From: Octopus sinensis | Lineage: Eukaryota | Assembly (NCBI RefSeq): GCF_006345805.1 | Contig: NC_043014.1 | Span: forward strand, 4,774,001 to 4,838,000 | DNA length: 64,000 bases | Reading direction: 5' to 3' | Shown: piece by piece, positions 56,920 to 64,000 of the stretch | How the letters are laid out: the number at the start of each line of letters is the position of its first letter | How positions within the stretch are numbered: the stretch's first letter is position 1 | The notes under the pieces: model-generated | What the model was told of the DNA's origin: nothing | Database searches by the model: none | The model's input: only the letters and a program-made list of their open reading frames with translations | Position numbers and translations under genes: made by a program

Positions 56920-57317
56920 CTATTAGTATCGCCCGGCGTTGCTCGAGTTTGTAAGGGAAATAACAATATAAGCATTTTTAAAGAGTTATAGCCAAAAAAT
57001 AGCAAAAAAATGCATTAAAAGTGGAAAAAAAAATGATGGTAAATTTTTTTTAAATCGTTGACTCATCAAGGCATTTTTAGAGAGTTACTTCCCTTATATA
57101 ATAGCAATAAAATGCATTAAAATGAAAAAAAAATGATGGTAAAATATTTTTAAAATCGTAGACTCATCGTAGACGCGCGCTAATACCCAGAAGGGCTCGA
57201 TATGAATCACGACTATAATATACCCGGTTTTGGTTAAACTGTACCCCAAAATGTGGGAGTAGTTAGGAATCTAAATCGTAGGAGACAGACACACAACTTC
57301 ACTTTTATATATAAAGA
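56920..57317 (-). mobile_element. Non-autonomous Helitron (~398 bp) inserted upstream of gene D
   Basis: Reverse strand: A|TCTTTATATATAAAAG ... ctcgagcaacgccggg hairpin - cgatactaATAG|T (CTAG variant). A|T target, no target-site duplication; empty site visible in the other four units. Confidence 0.85.
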
Positions 57318-57673
57318 TTATTGGGTAACCGTTTTAATATTCAGTGTGGGAAGTATTTCGTTTAACAGACGAATACACAGACACACACACACAAACATAC
57401 ACATCCTGACACAAACACACACACACACACTGACAAACAGACACACACACTGACACGCACATACACACTGACACACACACACACACACACGCTGACACAG
57501 ACACACACACTAACACACACACAGTGACACACATACACATTGACACACACACTGACACACACACTGTCATACACACAAACACACTGGCACACGCTCACAC
57601 ACACTGGAACCCACACACACACAGTGACACATACACACACACACACACGCTGACACACACACTGACACACACT

Positions 57674-57709
<36 letters not shown>

Positions 57710-57714
57710 CACAT

Positions 57715-57759
<45 letters not shown>

Positions 57760-59232
57760 TACACACAAATATGCGGGGAAAATGCGGGCACTCACGAGCG
57801 ACCGCAGTTACTGTTGGGGCACAAGGTTGAGGTCAACTCCTCTAGCGAAGAATTTATCAAAGAGAAATACCGAAGGGAGGTAACTCACGACAGACTCCAG
57901 CCTGGCGCTCTCATGGCGTCACTTACTCGTTGCTGTTGACTATGTTTAAGTTAAAGCTATGGCTTTAAGTTTGTCCAGATATTCCCCTCTTCGGTATTTT
58001 CTTTTGATATAGGCTGAAGTGAGACCTGATAGGGAGCAGCACTGTTTTTTGCCATTAGCACATTTTAACGAACCCAAAAATTGCTTATGCCTAATACTGA
58101 GCGCTAATCGGACAAAAATGGTGCTGCCACCCACAGATCCCTCTTTCCACGGATACCTTCGTTTATCTGGCAGCCATTCTACAAACTCCCATATACAAGG
58201 AGCAATCATGCTGGGTAGAGTGTGAAAGACTCAACATGTTGCACTGATTCCACCTAATGTATATTTTATAAGTGGTGTTCCTTTCCTTACTAAGTCGTTT
58301 ATGTGTGTTACAGTTATTGTATGCATGTATCTCGAAGCAAGTTCCACTTCTGCGAGTTTGATACTTTTATGTTACAGACGGAGATAATTTGTTCAACTTG
58401 ATGTTTTGTGGTGTTGCTGTAGATTCGGTTGATGCTGTTCCTGATGTGTACTCATATTTCTTGGTGGTTTCATGTTTTATTTTGGCACATCAGTTTTCAG
58501 GGAACGATAAGAAGCTGTGTGTGTGTGATTTTTGTAGAAAAGCGGGAATACGTGAATGTAGGTTGAAAATAGTTAATCGTGGGACGTGTACTTGTACCCG
58601 TGTCGAAAGTGTTTCGTGAACACTTCAATGTGTTAGTAACCTGACAACTCGTTAGGTAGTCAACATTTTGTGGTATTTCTTCAGTGGATATCAAATATCC
58701 TTTATTTGGTAATATCCGCGATTGGATTGCAGAGCTTTCATCGCATCGATTGTAGTTACAATGATACGTATGGGAGTATTTTTTTTATTAAACCATCATG
58801 ATTTAGTGATGTTAGTTATACGCTTTTATCGTGTTTTTAAGATTGATCATGAAAGGGTGATATATTTCTACGGAGGTGTTTCATTTGGGGATTGTTTTCA
58901 TTTTAAGATGGAATACAACACACATTTAAACGAACCACCATTTTACTTCAACTTTTAAATTTGATAAACTTAACCTCATACAATGTATTCTATAATCATT
59001 CCCAAAGGATTATATCGTTCTGTTAAGCTATTTGTCACATTCTATGACGTCTCTGTTGTTTCGTTTTGAATATTTTCTGAAAACTTGTAGCAGCAATTTA
59101 TTTAACGACATATATTACTTGGATAAAATATTGCGAAACACAATTACAAGAAACGTATATGTTGCTTTATTATATTATATTTTATGATTCACCGACATAA
59201 ATTTTCATATAGAAACGAATGTAAATTTCTAT

Positions 59233-59732
59233 TCAGTATTTACTGCACACAACGCAGGTTAATTCTCGACCATTGACATACGGTGGACATGGCAATGAAC
59301 CACAAGCAGCCTGAACGAAATATAATCGAACTCCATCTTCGTCTCTGTAACCTGCTGGATCAGCTTCTGGTGCATAGTCCGCACACACATATTCATGTCT
59401 ACCCTTATGCCCGTAATGACCGGACATCAAATATCCTGAATACTCAATTGTCCAACCACGGTAACACTTTGTCCTGGCTGGTAACATCATAACAACAGCG
59501 GGTTGTCGTGTCAAACAGACAGCACACGGAACGTTATGATCATGAATTGATTCAGCGTTAGCAAATGAAAAGAGTTTATTAGTTGGGTAAAAATTTAGTT
59601 CATATTCACTACCATAAATGTAACCACCTTTTTCCACTTCTGTGGTATAATTGGCCCAAATGGGATCGTTGGGTAGACACAAGGGATTACTTCCGCCACC
59701 AGTTTCTGTAGAATGTTGTCCACCAGCCACAC
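59233..59732 (-). CDS. Gene E terminal exon (C4-like domain)
   Basis: ttctag|GT GTG GCT; 500 nt, open. Confidence 0.92.
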
Positions 59733-61400
59733 CTAGAATTGGTAAGAATAAATCAAATAAAAAAGATATTAAGCAAAATTGAAATAACGGAAACATTCTT
59801 TACAATTTGACACCTAAAAGAAGTCATGTTTAGTTACGTGTGAACGAATTGTGGTGTATATATATTAGTGTTTATTTTAGTGTAAGCTGTGTGTTGCTGA
59901 ATCTTGGGTGTGCATTTACCTTGTCATACAATGTATATATATATAAATATATATGTATATTTATATGAAGTAAGCAACAAGTATATCCAGAAGTAATGCG
60001 GTACGTTTGTTTCATGCAACTCCATTTATATATTTATATATATATATATGCTGTGTGTATACGGGTAAGTATTTGTTGTTACGACGTGGATTATTATTTA
60101 TGTTTGCATGGGGTATGTCATGCAAACATATATATGTATGTCATGTCATACATGTATGTCATACATGGGGTATGTATGTCATACGGTGGATGTCAATAGA
60201 TGGAGAAATAGAAAGATATTTTATAACGCATGCACTCGTGTTTATCCGAAATGGAAAAGATGTTCATGTGTGAACGGGGATATTTTGGGTGGTGGAAATT
60301 GTAGGAGGTTTGAGTAGGACAATACGTGAGACGACGAGATGCAGAGAAGTGGTGGGTAACCGTCGATGAAATGTTGTTTAGTCGATCATACGAGATTCAG
60401 TGGCTAAACCTCTCGTTTAGACTCGGACGAATCAGGCTTACATAGACGTTATGATCGCACAGACTTTATTTCATGCAATACACAGAAACGAGGTGGGAGG
60501 AAAAACTGTGAGGTTCAGTGACGGCGTAGTGCTTAAGATGAATGAACGGCGGAGTGGGCGACCGATAAAGGATACGTGTAGGGTTTATAGAGAGCAGATT
60601 CAGAGCATTTTTAAGGAACGTGAGGTTGATTGGGGAAGCGGTTTGTAGCAGCAGTTTTGAATTGGAAGTTTCGGAATTACCTTACAAAGATATACTGGAT
60701 AATTAATGAGGTGATGTGGTGCATGAAAAGAGCAAGGTTTCAGCGATAGGACGATTTCGGTGAGGCGGAGAAGAATAGAAGTGCATTCTGTACTCTGTTG
60801 TGTTCTCTCACTAATATTTAGTCTCTCTATATTTTACTGAATGAATAAAGTCCTTAGCTTTTCCCATCACTTAAAGTATGTGGCTTGTCCAGTCCTCATT
60901 CTACATTGTGCGTTCACTCCATTAACCATTTACAGTCAGTCATCAATTCTAATAGACTCTTTTCAATTTAGCCCACACCTACGATCATTGGGCACTCTAG
61001 TTAATGATTGTCACGTGGCCACTATTCAGCTCTAGTCACTCACGTACAATACCACTATCCGCAGCCTGTACAATTGATCACCAGTTAGCATCCTTTTCAC
61101 TTGGTCCGTTGTAGACAACATATAATATTCTGATTTGACCAAATACCTACAAAGGAGTAAGCAGTCTTGTGTAGTGTGTGTATAGTCTACAGGTATAGAC
61201 GTTTGAAACGTGACACATCATAAAAAGATTTGAGAATGTTTATGTCAGACAACCCAGCAGAGGGTGAGTGTGTGTGCGTGTGCGTGAGAGAGAGGGTGGG
61301 AGAGAAAGAAAGGCAATAAAAAGAGAGAATGAGAGGTATCTAAGAGAACAAGAGTAAAACAAAAAGAGAATGAGAGGTGAGAAATATAAAGTATACTAAC

Positions 61401-61475
61401 CGTCATATACAAGGTTTGAATAAGGAGGACAAGTTGTTCTGCCCCATCGGGTATACAATGATCCGAGACCGGGTT
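61401..61475 (-). CDS. Gene E penultimate exon (PGLGSLYTRWGRTTCPPYSNLVYD); upstream exons lie beyond the window
   Basis: tatcacag| ... G|gttagt; synonymous CGG to CGA change in the RWG motif. Confidence 0.88.
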
Positions 61476-61997
61476 CTGTGATATTAAAATGAAATAATGT
61501 AGGTTAAAAGAAAGAATTTGGGAATCATTTACAAAGTAGATAGTTGGATGGGAAGGAATTGATGGAGAAGAGAGAAATATAGAATTTAAGAAAGAACGAG
61601 TGAACGAATGAAAGTCCGAACGAAAGATGTAAATAATAAGAATAAATTGTAAAGAAAGAAAAAAGACATTTGTCTGTTGAGCCTGTTGGTGACGTTGATG
61701 TCAAAGATTTGAGAGATTAATCTCAGAATATCAGAATGTGTATCGGTCTCCGCTATGAACGGATGTGTGTATGATACGTAAACTTGGGTATGAGTATATA
61801 TACTTCTCAATAGAATAATGATAAAACTCAATAGAATAATGAAAAACTATTTGGCAGGTGCGAATATTCATCGGTCAATTACAAATATCAGTTTGGAAAT
61901 CGGCGCAAATAAGGCCATCGTAACTACAATATGAAAATAACAACCATACCGCATCATTTGTCGATTTCGTTAAAAGACATCGCATCCGGATCTCGAG

Positions 61998-62470
61998 TGC
62001 CCTGGGGCATGTTGCGGATGGTTTACCTGGAAGGTGAGTTTAATGGGCAAATACTGGTTGCCATAAAGTACATATATGGATGTTCAAATGTTTGTATTTA
62101 TGCAAAAGTCGAAAGTTTTCAACATGAAGGTTTCCCTTAGTTGAAATGTGCCATGATAGTGCCCCTTCTCACATTGTTTTTTGTGATCTGGTTGAATATG
62201 CGCAGCCATTGTAGTAGAGGTATCCCAATTCATCTCTACGTGATCGATCGACTGTTATTTATAGACGATATGCTGCTACCTGATTCGTCTGATGGCCACC
62301 AACAACGTGCACCGAATGTGTTGGCTGACGAGTACCCCAAGGCAGGGTTGACAAATACGGGTCTCTATTCACGAATGATTGGAAGCACAAGACTGGACAG
62401 AATGCTGAATTGAAGATATAAACGAAGTGAAGTGCCAACTCAGGCATCTGATTCTCAGATGAAGAGGTCT
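61998..62470 (+). mobile_element. RTE LINE relic, gene E copy, 5' part (~1.4 kb) deleted
   Basis: Junction ggatctcgag/tgccctgggg; LLFIDDMLL retained. Confidence 0.75.
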
Positions 62471-63520
62471 TGGTACAATTATCGACGTATCACTGCATAT
62501 ATACTCATATACACTCAATAAATGGCATAGTATATTAGAATAACATTTTATTTAGGAATTTATTGTAATGTAGAATATATTTTAAAATAAATACAGGCAA
62601 GTGTCTTAGTATATATTATTGTGGACATATGGATAATAATGTGGAACTAATTCAAAGTTGGTAAAATTGTAAACCATTAGTTAAGGAGACACGGGTAAAA
62701 GACTTTAGCCATAATACTAGTTCTTACTTGGCGTGTCATCAGGCTTATCGTCGAGAGATTTCTTGGATATGAAACGGTTCTGTGAAAAAATAGAAATTGC
62801 CTCATATAAATAGAACTTCAGGGTATTTATTATCGTTTAGAACTTAAAACAATGCAATAGATGTCAACATATTCGGACAGGTATCATTGACAACACTACC
62901 ATCTCAACCCATTAGGAATCTTCTAGAAGGCGCTTCCATCCAGTCAAAGGATTTTCTGAACAATATCAGACAATACAACTCTGCATTTCAAATGACATCG
63001 TTTGGTGAATCTAAGAAGATAGATAAACATGAATTTACGCCGACGTCAAAGTTCAAGGGCAAGTGTATCCCCTCATTGGTTCTCTGGTACCCGCGAATGA
63101 ACAACTACAGTTCCTCCAAATTTGCTCTATGAGTGATGTAGGACAACAAACCCGACGTGAAGTCTCAGAATTTCCGATGATGGGTCGTGTTAGACACAGC
63201 GCACACTGCTGCAATGGAGAATATATCCACTGACGCATTTTTGGTGCGTTCAAAAATCACACAAACCCCACCTCCAATTTTGCATGACAGGTTAGGGCCT
63301 GAAACACTCGAAACAGACGCATAGCATGTTGCTTAGTCGAATTAGCCCAGCATTTACTCTACAACTGTTTTGTTGTCAATGTTGCACTTTCCCATATCAC
63401 CTGTTTCAAAATGACTCGAATATATTATATACCAACTTTGCCATTTTAATCCCCAGCAATGTCGGGTATGTCTGCAATTACAAACACACACAGACACACA
63501 CACATACACACACATATTTC

Positions 63521-63573
<53 letters not shown>

Positions 63574-64000
63574 ACACACACACATATGTATGTATATAGT
63601 TAAATTTAATCCAAACAAGAAAGCACAAAAAAACACAACAATGCGGGGACGTGGACAAATATAGTATTATTGGACGCTCAGGAAAAAGGAAAGAAGGAGG
63701 GTTTAACGTTTCGACCGAAGCTCTTCGTCGGATACATACGAGAAGGAAAGATCCAGAGGAGGGAAGACAGAGGAAAAAACATCGGTACATACGCGTCACA
63801 TTTTGAATGACCGGAAAGAAATGGGTGAATAAAAGTTCTTTCAAAGACAGGAGAGTGGTAGAGGAGGAGGAATGTGTGTGTAAGTGTGGATAAGAGCGTA
63901 TGCGGAGGTCTGCGTGTGCGTGTGTGTGTCTGTGTGTATGTGTGCAATGATTACACGTGTGTCTGTGTGTGGTTGCGTGTTGTAGGGTTAGTAGTGTTAA

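Overview
AT-rich, microsatellite-dense animal DNA. The SINE, Helitron and Penelope-type repeats match what I recall from octopus genomes, so a cephalopod source is likely (inference). The whole window is a tandem array of one minus-strand, multi-exon gene, with an 11.5-15 kb unit present about 4.7 times: four complete gene spans (A-D) plus a 5' fragment (gene 0) and a 3' fragment (gene E). Splice-site reconstruction gives: exon 1 (48 aa, hydrophobic signal anchor), candidate stalk exons of 76 and 77 nt, a 75-nt YTRWGRTTCP exon missed by the ORF track, and a 500-nt terminal exon. The last two exons encode a Cys-rich, internally duplicated 'short-chain collagen C4-like' domain, and I see no Gly-X-Y collagen repeats. 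The terminal domain differs between copies in a few clustered, mostly non-synonymous patches that lie at equivalent positions in its two halves. Under my exon model every complete copy carries a splice or stop lesion in an internal exon, while exon 1 and the terminal exons stay open. Units alternate (A/C/E versus B/D), forming a ~28 kb two-gene higher-order repeat with mosaic, conversion-like patches. Introns and spacers hold co-duplicated relics of an RTE LINE, a Helitron, Penelope elements (with minimal hammerhead-like motifs) and SINEs, plus copy-specific insertions. Nearly all other listed ORFs are microsatellite artefacts.
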